The translations under genes were made by a program, and so were the position numbers. Source: Candidatus Bathyarchaeia archaeon (GTDB lineage: Archaea; Thermoproteota; Bathyarchaeia; TCS64). Taken from it: DNA of 64,000 bases. The DNA is taken from contig JBEKDF010000007.1 in assembly GCA_050014495.1 (NCBI GenBank), forward strand, positions 1 to 64,000, given 5' to 3'. Below are positions 19,146-28,867 of the stretch, in pieces (position 1 is the stretch's first letter; each line of letters starts with the position of its first letter). The notes below the pieces were generated by a model. That model did not search any database, was not told the origin of the DNA, and saw only the letters and a list, made by a program, of their open reading frames with translations.

Positions 19146-19146
19146 G

Positions 19147-20118
19147 ATGCCAGCGCGTGAGATCACATTTGGCCAGGCTTTGAACGAGGCTCACCTAGCC
19201 GAGATGGAGCGCGACCCTAAAGTCATAGTATTTGGCGAGAATGTCTCCAGCCATTGGAGGGAAGCCACGAAGGGACTCAAGGAGAAGTTTGGTCGTGAGC
19301 GCGTCCGAGACGCGCCCATCACCGAGACCGCATTCATAGGAGCAGGCGTCGGCGCGGCCATAGCAGGTTACCGACCAGTCGTTGAGCTCATGCTTGTGGA
19401 CTTTGGCTTAGTCGCGATGGATCAGATTCTGAATCAGTTCGCTAAGAGCACCTACATGAGTGGTGGTGCTGTCAGCGTCCCGATGACTCTTCGCGTCCTT
19501 ACCGGTGCTGGAACTAGTAGCGGTGCGACGCATAGTGAGAGCCTCCACGGGCTCTTCGCCCATATGCCGGGGCTCAAAGTCGTAGTTCCGAGCAACCCCT
19601 ACGACGCTAAGGGTCTACTCATTAGCAGTATTCGTGACCCTAACCCGAAGATCTTCATGGAACACAGGCTGCTCTACCCGGTTAAGGGACAGGTCCCGAG
19701 TGAACCATACGAAGTACCCCTAGGTATCGCTAACCTAGTTCGTGAGGGAAAGGATGTCACGGTCGTCGCTACTAGTCTGATGGTGCAGGAGGCGATGAAG
19801 GCCGCCGATGAGCTCAAGGGTAAGATAAGTGTAGAGGTCATCGATCCTCGCACCCTCGTCCCACTTGATGTGGAGGCGATAGTGGGCTCCGTCAAGAAGA
19901 CTGGGCACCTAGTCGTAGTGGACGAGGACTATCTCCACTATGGTTTCAGTGGGGAGATCGTTGCCTTAGCAGCGGAGAATGCGTTGAAGAGCCTGGAGGC
20001 ACCGCCGATCCGTGTCGCGACTCCAAACATTCCGCTACCCTTTAACCCTAGGCTCGAGAAGGAGCTACTTCCCAGTAAGGAGAAGATCATCGCTGCGATT
20101 AAGCAAGTCAGAGATTAA
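19147..20118 (+). CDS. TPP-dependent dehydrogenase E1 beta
   Basis: RVRDAPITE, GYRPVVE, ATHSE, PGLKVV, EVIDPRTLVPLD. Confidence 0.93.
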   Translation: MPAREITFGQALNEAHLAEMERDPKVIVFGENVSSHWREATKGLKEKFGRERVRDAPITETAFIGAGVGAAIAGYRPVVELMLVDFGLVAMDQILNQFAKSTYMSGGAVSVPMTLRVLTGAGTSSGATHSESLHGLFAHMPGLKVVVPSNPYDAKGLLISSIRDPNPKIFMEHRLLYPVKGQVPSEPYEVPLGIANLVREGKDVTVVATSLMVQEAMKAADELKGKISVEVIDPRTLVPLDVEAIVGSVKKTGHLVVVDEDYLHYGFSGEIVALAAENALKSLEAPPIRVATPNIPLPFNPRLEKELLPSKEKIIAAIKQVRD

Positions 20119-20189
20119 CGTTCTCCATATTTTCTATCGTTGTGTAAAGGCTTAAAGTGGGGTAGCCCGCCTAATTCGAGGGAGTCCCG

Positions 20190-21023
20190 ATGGTTAAATG
20201 CGACAAGTGCGGCGTTGAAACATACATGCCCTTTAGGTGCAACTACTGTGGGGGCTACTTCTGCGAGCAGCACAGGCTTCCGGAGTTTCATGATTGCCAG
20301 GGCAAATACGACCAAACGAAGCCGAAAAATGCTGAAAAGAAGCCGGTTACCGTTCAGGTCGGGGATTACTCCACATCAGGTGGATTCTACAGTAACTACT
20401 CGAGTAGTCGAATCATACGCCCATACTGGTTTAGTAGGAAGGAGCTGCGAGACCTCGCCATCGGGCTGCTCGTTATCGTGACGCTGCCGTTCTTCAAGAT
20501 ATGGAGCTACTTTTCGGTTGATCCTGGCTTCGTTGTGGGTATCGTTAGCATCCTCGCTCTCGCCTTCATTCTCCACGAACTCGCTCACAAGTTCGCTGCG
20601 CAACGTTACGGAATGTGGGCCGAGTTTAGGCTAAGTACTTTAGGCCTTCTCTTCACATTCATATCATTCATACTGTTACAGACCTCGATTTTCCCAATAA
20701 TGATAGTCGCTCCAGGTGCTGTGATGATTGCAGGCCTCATGAATAAGAACGAGTATGGTAAGATCTCGATAGCTGGCCCTGGTACCAATATCGCCCAAGG
20801 GATCATCTATCTCATCATCTACCTCATCACACCCATGAGTCTAGTTGGGGGACTGGCTGGCTACGGCATCGAGATAAACGCATACCTAGCTCTCTTCAAC
20901 CTCATCCCCTTCGGAGTATTCGACGGGATGAAGATATTCAATTGGGATAAGAGGGTCTGGGTGGCAGCTATACTCGCGGCGGGTCTACTGCTACTCTTCG
21001 CCATGTTCACTTTTGGGTTCTAG
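20190..21023 (+). CDS. AN1-type zinc finger fused to M50 site-2 protease
   Basis: C..C...PF.C.YC...FC..HRLPE.H.C; HELAH; AGP; FNLIPF..FDG. Confidence 0.88.
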   Translation: MVKCDKCGVETYMPFRCNYCGGYFCEQHRLPEFHDCQGKYDQTKPKNAEKKPVTVQVGDYSTSGGFYSNYSSSRIIRPYWFSRKELRDLAIGLLVIVTLPFFKIWSYFSVDPGFVVGIVSILALAFILHELAHKFAAQRYGMWAEFRLSTLGLLFTFISFILLQTSIFPIMIVAPGAVMIAGLMNKNEYGKISIAGPGTNIAQGIIYLIIYLITPMSLVGGLAGYGIEINAYLALFNLIPFGVFDGMKIFNWDKRVWVAAILAAGLLLLFAMFTFGF

Positions 21024-21062
21024 GGTCCCGCTTATCTACCAGTTACGCATATCCCTCCCCGT

Positions 21063-21953
21063 ATGATCGTCATACCCGGTCCCTCTTCCCTCGGACTAGG
21101 ATGGAGGATCGCGGAGTTGCTAGGAGTTGAGCCCCAACCCGTAGAGCACCGCGTCTTCCCCGACGGGGAGAGTTACATAAGGTTGACAAAACCTGTCTCG
21201 GGTGAGAGGGTCGTTATTGTGCAGACGACAGCCCCTAACCCTGACTCGAAGCTGATGCAGCTCTTCCTGATGGCTAGGACGGCGAAGGATTTTGGGGCAA
21301 GTAACATTGTAGCTGTGGTCCCCTACCTCGCCTACGCTCGTCAAGATAAGAGGTTCCTAGAGTTCGAGGCGCTGAGCCTAGACATCATAGTTAGCCTGCT
21401 AGATGCCGCGGGTGTATCTGACCTTATCGTCGTGAATGTTCACAACGAGGGTTCGATTCGCTCCATCGAGGAAAAACACGGGGTCAAGATCCATAACCTA
21501 TCCGCGGTCCCGTTGATCTCGGAGTATCTGAAGAGGGAGGGCTTCGATGGTGCACTCAGTCTCTCCCCCGACAAGGGAGCCATATACATCGTGGAAACCG
21601 CCTCCAAGATACTCGGTGGAGGATACAATTTCTTTGAGAAGACCCGCGACAGGAAAACAGGTGAGATCAAGATGGAGGCCAAGGCCCTCAATATTAGGGG
21701 TCGCAGAGCCGTGGTTTTCGACGATATGATAAGCAGTGGTGGGACTATGGCGAAGGCTGTGGAGGCCCTCAAGGCTCAGGGTGCCGAGAGGGTGGCAGCG
21801 GCCTGCACGCATGTGCTCTATATGCCTGGCGCTGAGGAGAAGATCAGGAAGGCCGGCGCCGATCCCATCCTTGCAACAGATTCGATTGAGACATCCTTCA
21901 GTAAAGTGAGTTTAGCGAGTCTCATCGCTGACAAGCTAAGGGAGTTTAAGTAG
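21063..21953 (+). CDS. prs: Ribose-phosphate pyrophosphokinase
   Basis: FPDGE, PYLAYARQD, SPDKG, DDMISSGGT. Confidence 0.96.
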   Translation: MIVIPGPSSLGLGWRIAELLGVEPQPVEHRVFPDGESYIRLTKPVSGERVVIVQTTAPNPDSKLMQLFLMARTAKDFGASNIVAVVPYLAYARQDKRFLEFEALSLDIIVSLLDAAGVSDLIVVNVHNEGSIRSIEEKHGVKIHNLSAVPLISEYLKREGFDGALSLSPDKGAIYIVETASKILGGGYNFFEKTRDRKTGEIKMEAKALNIRGRRAVVFDDMISSGGTMAKAVEALKAQGAERVAAACTHVLYMPGAEEKIRKAGADPILATDSIETSFSKVSLASLIADKLREFK

Positions 21954-22050
21954 ATCTCTAATTCTGATATGCGCTAATTATTTGCAAAGACGAAGACCAA
22001 GATCAATCAAGTATCGCTTATTAAAATTAGTTCTTTGCTAGGTTCATAAA

Positions 22051-22335
22051 TTAGACTGGGTCGTCGTCTTCTGGTCCTTTATTCTCTAGGGGGTTGACCG
22101 GGGTTTGCTGGTCGGGTTCGAGGGTTTTCATGTCCTCCTCGACCTCTGCCTCGGGTGTGAGTTTGGGTTTTCGGATGAAGACGAGGATCTCTCCGTTGAT
22201 CGGTTGGGTTTTCCACTCTAGGTCGTCATTGTTGTGGAGGTCGAGTAGTTCGACGATTGAGTCGGGGATCGTGGTTCTCAACGAGTTGCTCGCTGGATTC
22301 GACTTGAAGACCTTTGTAGTCTTAACCATATTCAT
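22051..22335 (-). CDS. AbrB/MazE/SpoVT-like DNA-binding protein
   Basis: SLRTTIP..IVELL.L...D.LEW pattern. Confidence 0.75.
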   Translation of the reverse strand: MNMVKTTKVFKSNPASNSLRTTIPDSIVELLDLHNNDDLEWKTQPINGEILVFIRKPKLTPEAEVEEDMKTLEPDQQTPVNPLENKGPEDDDPV

Positions 22336-22449
22336 TTTTCACTGCAGTTTAAGTTTCATCACGTCTTATAAAACTAGTCTAGAAATAATCCTATGGAGGG
22401 CTCACTAATCGCTTGTGTGTGCTATTCGTCAGCTCGTTAGGTTAATAAT

Positions 22450-25008
22450 CTAAATCTCATTCCTGCTGAAAAAAATGTGCTTAACCACCTCAACCATGAG
22501 GAAATAGACAATCAGGATCCCGAAGATTAACCCTAAGAACCATAGTGGTGGCTGGACGAACTCAAACAAGGGGCCGACCGGTGAGTAAACAATGACTAGA
22601 GTCATTAAACCCATGATGGCTGAGGCCACCAGCAGGAGGCGACTTGGCTTTGACTCGTAGAACCTTCTCCGGGTCCTGATCGAGAAGGTGACGAGGATCT
22701 CTGAGAGGACAGACTCAATGAACCAACCGGTCCGGAAGAGCTCCTGGCTCGCTTGCAGCCAGTAGACCAATGAGAATATTGTGATGAAGTCGAAGATGGA
22801 GCTAATGAGGCCGAAGAACACGGCGAATCTCGCTATCTTCCCTATGTCCCACTTCTTAGGAGATCTCAGGCTCTCCTGATCGAGGCTGTCGGTCGAAATC
22901 GCGAGCAGTGGGACATCGGACACCAGGTTTGTCAGAAGTATCTGGGAGGGTAAGAGTGGTATGAATGGGAGGACCAGAGACACGATGGCGAGGGTAAACA
23001 TGTTGCCCAGGTTCGCGCTTGTCGTGTTCATGATGTATTTGACCATGTTGCCGAAGGCCTTTCTCCCCTCGACAACACCATCGGAAATAACGCTCAAGCT
23101 CTTCTCAAGCAGAATTATTGATGCGGCTTCCTTGGCGACTTGAACACCCGACTCTACAGATATGCCCGCATCCGCTGCTTTCAAGGCCGGGGCGTCGTTC
23201 ACACCGTCGCCGAGAAATCCAACAGTGTGGCCGTTCTTCTTCAGTGAGCTTACGATCAGGTATTTTTGGTCCGGGGTGACTCGCCCGAAGACATTACTCT
23301 TCTCTAAAGCATGGCTCACATCACTCTCCTGCATTTTCGCGATGTCCATGCCCGTGAGCACTTTTTCTCCGACGTCGACTCCCAGTTTATTGCAGACGTC
23401 CGCAGTTACAACCTGATCGTCGCCACTAAGAATCTTCAGCCCTATTTCTAGTGACTTCAGTTGCTCGATGGCTTTGGAGGCGTCCTCCTTTATCGGATCG
23501 GATAGTACAATTAACCCAATGAGTGTCAGATTCGATTCGTCTGCCGGTGAATAATCCGGTTTACGCTCGATTTCCTTACCACCTAACGCTATCAGCCTGG
23601 TGCCGACCTGCCTATACTTGTCAATTTGCTGGTTTAGCTCTTTATTCGGTTGCGTCAAAGGTCTGGCTTCTGTTAAAGTACCGATGGTTGTTGATACATC
23701 GAGGATCGACTCAGGCGCGCCTTTCGAGATGAGGAACCTGCGGCCACCGGTCTCAACAACGACGCTTACTCTTCGTCTATTGAAGGCGAAGGAGATCTCC
23801 TTAATGTGTTCAAACGAGTTGAGAATGGCTTCGTCGAATCCCTTGCCTCTGGCATAGTTCCACATCGCGACGTCAATTGGGTTTCCGAGTATCCTGTCTC
23901 CTTCGACAACTGCTGGGCTACTTAAGAGTGCATACTTGATTAGGTCTGGGTCAGCGTTACCGTCAGGGTTGACGATTTCCTGAACCTTGATCTCATTTTG
24001 GGTTAGAGTGCCAGTCTTATCGGTGCAGAGAATATCGATATTACCAATATCTTCTATTGCTTCGAGTTTTTTGACAACTACCTTCTTTTTTGATAGTCGA
24101 AGCGCCCCATTCGACAATCCAACAGTGATAACTACGGGTAGGGCTTCCGGGATTATTCCCACGGCTAGCGCCAATGAGAAGATGAGGGACTCTAGGATCC
24201 CGCGACCCAGTATCGAGTTAACGATGAATATGAAAAACGTTAAAATTATGATCAGTTTGATGAGGAAGTTACCGAAGCTAGCTAGGCTTTTCTGAAAAGC
24301 GGTCATAGGAGGAGACGCAGAGAGACTTGAGGCTACTTTACCAAAGTACGTCCTTTTTCCTGTGGCGACGACTAATCCGTCCCCCGAGCCGTTTGATACG
24401 ATTGAGCCCATCAAGGCGATGTTCGATAATTGGTGTGGGAGTGGATTGTCGAGTTCAATCGGTGCAGTGTTCTTGGTGATTCCTGCGGATTCGCCTGTGA
24501 GTGCGGACTCATCGGTCTGGAGGTCGTCTACATCAAGTAACCTGATGTCAGCTGGAACGACGTCACCTATTGCAAGGTATAGAAAGTCTCCGGGTACCAG
24601 TTTGCTTGCATCAACTGCGACCTTCTTTCCGCTCCTAACTGCTATGGTTGTGTAGGAGAGTATCTTTCTGAGTTCGTCGACGGCTCGGTCTGCTCGGTAT
24701 TCTAGATAGAACCCCAGGGCAGTGTTCACAGACATTATTGCAATTATGATTATTGCTTCGGTAAAGTCTCCCAGGAAGGCTGCCAGAACTGATGCGAATA
24801 CTAGAACGTAGACTAAGGGGTTCGTGAGCTGGGAGACGAAGATGTTGAATGCAGTTTTGTGCCCCGCATGGGGAATCTCGTTTGCCCCAAATTCCTTGAG
24901 CCTACGAACGGCCTCAGCTTCGTCGAGTCCGGAGGGTGAGGAGTTTAACTCTGTTAGTAGCTCCTCTTTCCGTAACTTCCAGTAGCTGATTTCCTTCGCT
25001 TCGGACAA
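22450..25008 (-). CDS. mgtA: Magnesium-translocating P-type ATPase
   Basis: LTGES, PEALP, DKTGTLT, KGAPE, GDGVND, and MgtA-type TGWFIES. Confidence 0.9.
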   Translation of the reverse strand: MSEAKEISYWKLRKEELLTELNSSPSGLDEAEAVRRLKEFGANEIPHAGHKTAFNIFVSQLTNPLVYVLVFASVLAAFLGDFTEAIIIIAIMSVNTALGFYLEYRADRAVDELRKILSYTTIAVRSGKKVAVDASKLVPGDFLYLAIGDVVPADIRLLDVDDLQTDESALTGESAGITKNTAPIELDNPLPHQLSNIALMGSIVSNGSGDGLVVATGKRTYFGKVASSLSASPPMTAFQKSLASFGNFLIKLIIILTFFIFIVNSILGRGILESLIFSLALAVGIIPEALPVVITVGLSNGALRLSKKKVVVKKLEAIEDIGNIDILCTDKTGTLTQNEIKVQEIVNPDGNADPDLIKYALLSSPAVVEGDRILGNPIDVAMWNYARGKGFDEAILNSFEHIKEISFAFNRRRVSVVVETGGRRFLISKGAPESILDVSTTIGTLTEARPLTQPNKELNQQIDKYRQVGTRLIALGGKEIERKPDYSPADESNLTLIGLIVLSDPIKEDASKAIEQLKSLEIGLKILSGDDQVVTADVCNKLGVDVGEKVLTGMDIAKMQESDVSHALEKSNVFGRVTPDQKYLIVSSLKKNGHTVGFLGDGVNDAPALKAADAGISVESGVQVAKEAASIILLEKSLSVISDGVVEGRKAFGNMVKYIMNTTSANLGNMFTLAIVSLVLPFIPLLPSQILLTNLVSDVPLLAISTDSLDQESLRSPKKWDIGKIARFAVFFGLISSIFDFITIFSLVYWLQASQELFRTGWFIESVLSEILVTFSIRTRRRFYESKPSRLLLVASAIMGLMTLVIVYSPVGPLFEFVQPPLWFLGLIFGILIVYFLMVEVVKHIFFSRNEI

Positions 25009-25263
25009 TAGTATTCAAAAGTTTTTACCTACTTGAAATAGGTTTGGCTATGCTTAGCCATTTGATGGGCTTCTTTCGTCTTAAAACATTGGTTTTCCAT
25101 CATGTTTCATGAACTTGGCATATTGCGTATATGCAATCATGTCGTCGTGGCACGCGCAACGACTATTAAAAATCTGAGCACGCTTCAAGCGAGAACCCTC
25201 CCGGAGACGAGAGAAATGTTTGCACGCGAATATTTATCCAAACTGGACCACGTGATTATATAA

Positions 25264-26412
25264 ATGCCCCCTGTCTCTCACGAATTTCAGATATTTGTCA
25301 AACCCACAGGCTCCATCTGCAACCTCAACTGTCAGTACTGCTACTACATAGACAAAGAGCACCTCTACCCAACAGGCGAGACATTTCGAATGCCCATCGA
25401 CGTCCTGGAGAACTACATCGCCCAACACATCGAAGCCTATCCCGGGGAAGTCATCAATTTCTCATGGCACGGAGGCGAGCCAACCATCCTCGGGTTAAAC
25501 TACTTCCGAAAAATAGTTGAACTACAGCGAAAACACAACCCACAAAAAAGAAGAATCAAGAACGGCATCCAGACAAACGGCACCCTTCTCGACGAGGAGT
25601 GGTGCCACTTCCTCTCGGAACAGGGGTTCTATGTCGGGCTCAGCCTAGACGGCCCCCAGAAGACCCACGACCTGTACCGCTTGACCAAGGATAACAAACC
25701 CACCTACAATGAAGCAATCAGAGGCTATAATCTTCTACAGAAGCATCGTGTCGACACAGAGATCCTATGCGTTGTGAACGCATATAATGCAAAGTTACCC
25801 CTAGAAATATACCGATTCTTCAAACAATTAAACGCCCAGTACATCACCTTCCTGCCACTAGTCGAGCCACAGCCTGACACCCTGAGCGGCGTCAGCAACA
25901 TCAGTGTATCAGCCGAGGCTTGGGGGCGATTCCTCTGCACAATCTTCGACGAGTGGATTGAAGACGATATTGGGAAGGTTAAGGTGCAGATATTCGAAGA
26001 GGCACTTAGGACGGCGTTCAAACAAGAGCACTCGCTCTGCATCTTCAGGCCAACCTGCGGAGAAGTCCCCATCCTCGAACACAACGGCGACTTTTACTCA
26101 TGCGACCACTTCGTCGACGCCGATCATCTCCTAGGGAACCTGGAGGAGACCTCATTAGCTAAGCTACTCGAGGACCCGAAACTGGCGACGTTCGGGAAGG
26201 CCAAGCTGCTGAACCTGCCACGTTACTGCAAAGAATGCCTAGTCAGGGACATGTGCAACGGAGAGTGCCCCAAGAACCGAATAATATCGACACCTGATGG
26301 AGAACCGGGGCTGAACTACCTGTGTGATGGCTATAAACGGTTCTTCACTCACTGCAAGCCCTTCGTCTCAGAGGTTGCTGCACTGTGGAATCAACAAAAG
26401 AATACGCAATGA
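25264..26412 (+). CDS. Anaerobic sulfatase maturase (radical SAM/SPASM)
   Basis: KP....CNLNCQYCYY, WHGGEP, YSCDH, C..C....C.GECPKNR, NYLC.GY. Confidence 0.93.
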   Translation: MPPVSHEFQIFVKPTGSICNLNCQYCYYIDKEHLYPTGETFRMPIDVLENYIAQHIEAYPGEVINFSWHGGEPTILGLNYFRKIVELQRKHNPQKRRIKNGIQTNGTLLDEEWCHFLSEQGFYVGLSLDGPQKTHDLYRLTKDNKPTYNEAIRGYNLLQKHRVDTEILCVVNAYNAKLPLEIYRFFKQLNAQYITFLPLVEPQPDTLSGVSNISVSAEAWGRFLCTIFDEWIEDDIGKVKVQIFEEALRTAFKQEHSLCIFRPTCGEVPILEHNGDFYSCDHFVDADHLLGNLEETSLAKLLEDPKLATFGKAKLLNLPRYCKECLVRDMCNGECPKNRIISTPDGEPGLNYLCDGYKRFFTHCKPFVSEVAALWNQQKNTQ

Positions 26413-26433
26413 TATAGTGGACTAAACATCTGC

Positions 26434-27150
26434 TTAGGTTTTTAGCCTCTCGTTGAAGAAGTCGATTGTCCGCTTCCACGCCAACTTGGAGGCAGCCTCG
26501 TTGTACCGGGGAGGGCTTGTGTCGTTGAAGAAGCCGTGCTTGGCACCTTTGTACATGTAAATCTTGTAGTCTACACCCGCCTTCTTTAGCGCCGCCTCGA
26601 AGGCGGGTATTCCAGCGTTTATCCGTTCGTCGTCCTCAGCGTAGTGTATGAGCATCGGTGCCTTGATCTTGGGGACATCTTCGGGTGAGGGTTGCATGCC
26701 ATAGAAGGGAACCGCGGCCTGCACGTCTGCGTTGACAGCAACCTGGTTCGTTAACCCTCCTCCCCAGCAAAAGCCTGTGACCCCCACCTTGCCAGTCGAC
26801 AGGGGACGCGTCTTCAAGTACTTCACCGCCGCAACGAAGTTCTTGATAGTCTTCTGGCTGTCGAGCTTCTGCATCATCGACCTAGCCTCATCATCGTTAC
26901 CGGGACTTCCCCCCACCGGAGATAATGCATCTGGGGCAATCGCCATAAAGCCCTCCAGAGCGATGCGCCTCGCAACATCCTCGATATGTGAGTTAAGCCC
27001 AAAAACTTCGTGTATGACGACCACACCTGGTACTTTACTAGATCCTTTGGGTCTAGTTAAATGTGCAAGAACGTCACCCGTCTCTCCAGGGTACTTTATG
27101 TTCTCAACCTCCAGGCGCGGGTCCTTCTCAGAAACCTTTGCACACATCAA
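26434..27150 (-). CDS. Dienelactone hydrolase family protein
   Basis: IHEVFGL, GFCWGG, D.RIN, HGF.ND. Confidence 0.92.
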   Translation of the reverse strand: MMCAKVSEKDPRLEVENIKYPGETGDVLAHLTRPKGSSKVPGVVVIHEVFGLNSHIEDVARRIALEGFMAIAPDALSPVGGSPGNDDEARSMMQKLDSQKTIKNFVAAVKYLKTRPLSTGKVGVTGFCWGGGLTNQVAVNADVQAAVPFYGMQPSPEDVPKIKAPMLIHYAEDDERINAGIPAFEAALKKAGVDYKIYMYKGAKHGFFNDTSPPRYNEAASKLAWKRTIDFFNERLKT

Positions 27151-27394
27151 TAACTCCTCCTGGATTTAGTTAGCTGAAACATTATATTAATTACCATGCA
27201 AATAAGCTCCTAAATTGATGGTTTCCTAATGCACGCACGAGCATAATTGCAGTGGAAGTGTAATACGCGATGATCAGGAGGGTTCAGCAGATGATGAGAA
27301 GACTCTAGATGCGACGGTTCCAGCTGCCACATGTCTCATAAGGTTAGTAAAATATAGTCATGCGGTATCACAGTAAATCGGATGTAGGTGGAGC

Positions 27395-27550
27395 ACGGTT
27401 AATAGGTACGATTTTGAGTATTGGTCCAGCCTAGACTCAGGTTACGTAACCCTCACGATCGAGGCAGAGTCCGAGGCAGACGCCATCAAGGAGTTTAGGG
27501 CTAGACACCCGCATAAAAAATATAGGTTGATCTATCCACAGGACGAGTAA
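27395..27550 (+). CDS. Small hypothetical protein or remnant (~51 aa)
   Basis: Manual translation VNRYDFEYWSSLDSGYVTLTIEAESEADAIKEFRARHPHKKYRLIYPQDE*. GGTGG lies upstream but the start codon reads ACG. The stop abuts a GCGCACGCG tract. Confidence 0.4.
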   Translation, partial: TVNRYDFEYWSSLDSGYVTLTIEAESEADAIKEFRARHPHKKYRLIYPQDE

Positions 27551-27559
27551 GCGCACGCG

Positions 27560-27664
27560 GGTATCAATCTCTGGGAAGAGCTTCTTGGGAAGATTGATTA
27601 CATGAATTCTTATCCCGTCATCTGTCCAGAGGAGGTTGCCTACGTCGATGACGAGGGTCCTCAT
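27560..27664 (-). pseudogene. Hydrogenase maturation protease (HyaD/HycI) N-terminal remnant
   Basis: MRTLVIDVGNLLWTDDGIRIHVI, cut at tract 27551-27559. Confidence 0.75.
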
Positions 27665-27772
27665 GGGCTAGTCTCTCGCGAATCTCTTCAAAAGAGTGTG
27701 ATAGCGTGCGCGAATCCGACCAGTCACTTAAGAGCCTTTTTGTTAAGAAAATTTGACACATTCTTCATTCAT

Positions 27773-28059
27773 TTAATAGGGCCATGCAGCGAAGCCGCCA
27801 TCTAAGAACTTCACATACTTGAATCCGGCGCCACCCAACATCCTCTCAGCATCGTATGCGCGTACAGCCGTTTTACAGAGTACCACAATCTCCTTTCTTG
27901 GCAACTCTTCGAGTCTAGATCTCAGTTCGTCGATAGGGATACACACGACCTGGCGATCACAAAATGGGAGTACTTTAACCTCCTCTCTCGATCTCACGTC
28001 CAGGATGACGAAGTCCTCACTCTCCGCCATTTTCTTCATGAGCTCAGCAGCAGGCATGC
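27773..28059 (-). pseudogene. Rhodanese domain remnant (probably the C-terminus of a CoA-disulfide reductase-rhodanese fusion)
   Basis: ILDVRS..E, IPIDELR, C.T.VRAY, LDGG..AWPY. No plausible start; it begins at tract 28060-28072. Confidence 0.65.
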
Positions 28060-28088
28060 CGTGCGCGCGCGCCTTGAATTCGCGTGTG

Positions 28089-28793
28089 CTACCAGATTCC
28101 CGGTAGCAGACGATAACATACGTGCTTAACATACTCTTTATAACCCATTAGCTCTTCCTGTAACATCCTATCCTCCAGGCTCGTGCGTGCGATCATTAGA
28201 ATTAAGCTGACGACCATCGGGGCCAACGCCAAAATCGAGCCCAGCATCAGAGGCTGGGCAAAGAGGTATATGATCGACCCAAGATAACCCGGGTGTCGCA
28301 CATAACGGTATGGTCCACCCATGGCTACGGTGTGACTTTCCCCTTGAATGTGGGCGATATGGGAGAAGAACTTGTTACTTGCCATCGCCCAGACGTAAAG
28401 AGCATAGCCAATTATGTAAGAGACTATGGCGGTTACTTGGATGAGTAGCGGGACCTTTGCGGACCATTCGAAGCGCATATCCAAGCCGGCCACAAGGATA
28501 GACACAAATACAAATATTCCCATCGGAGCCATTATCGCGAGGTCCCATTTTTTAGCTAATTTAGTGCTTTCCCAGCGTTTCTCGATCTCCGGAGGGCTGA
28601 GAATCAGCATGGCGAACAGGTTGAATACAAAGTTAATTATGAGGAATGCCCAGGCTATCGTCCAATCCAAGCTACCCGATGATACGAAAAGAATCATGAC
28701 CATAATAATATACGGTAAAATTTCCGTCACGAAACCCCTAAGACGTATCTTGGCATCAACCTTTCTTACATTAGTTAGCCTATTCTCAGCCAT
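28089..28793 (-). CDS. Isoprenylcysteine carboxyl methyltransferase family protein
   Basis: GPYRYVRHPGY, EDRML..EL.GY.EY, RLLPGIW. Confidence 0.9.
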   Translation of the reverse strand: MAENRLTNVRKVDAKIRLRGFVTEILPYIIMVMILFVSSGSLDWTIAWAFLIINFVFNLFAMLILSPPEIEKRWESTKLAKKWDLAIMAPMGIFVFVSILVAGLDMRFEWSAKVPLLIQVTAIVSYIIGYALYVWAMASNKFFSHIAHIQGESHTVAMGGPYRYVRHPGYLGSIIYLFAQPLMLGSILALAPMVVSLILMIARTSLEDRMLQEELMGYKEYVKHVCYRLLPGIW

Positions 28794-28867
28794 ACTTTAT
28801 CACCTAAGACGCTACTAAGCCCCCTTCTTACCTTTGTATGCGGCTGCGTGCGCACGTGTGGATGAGT

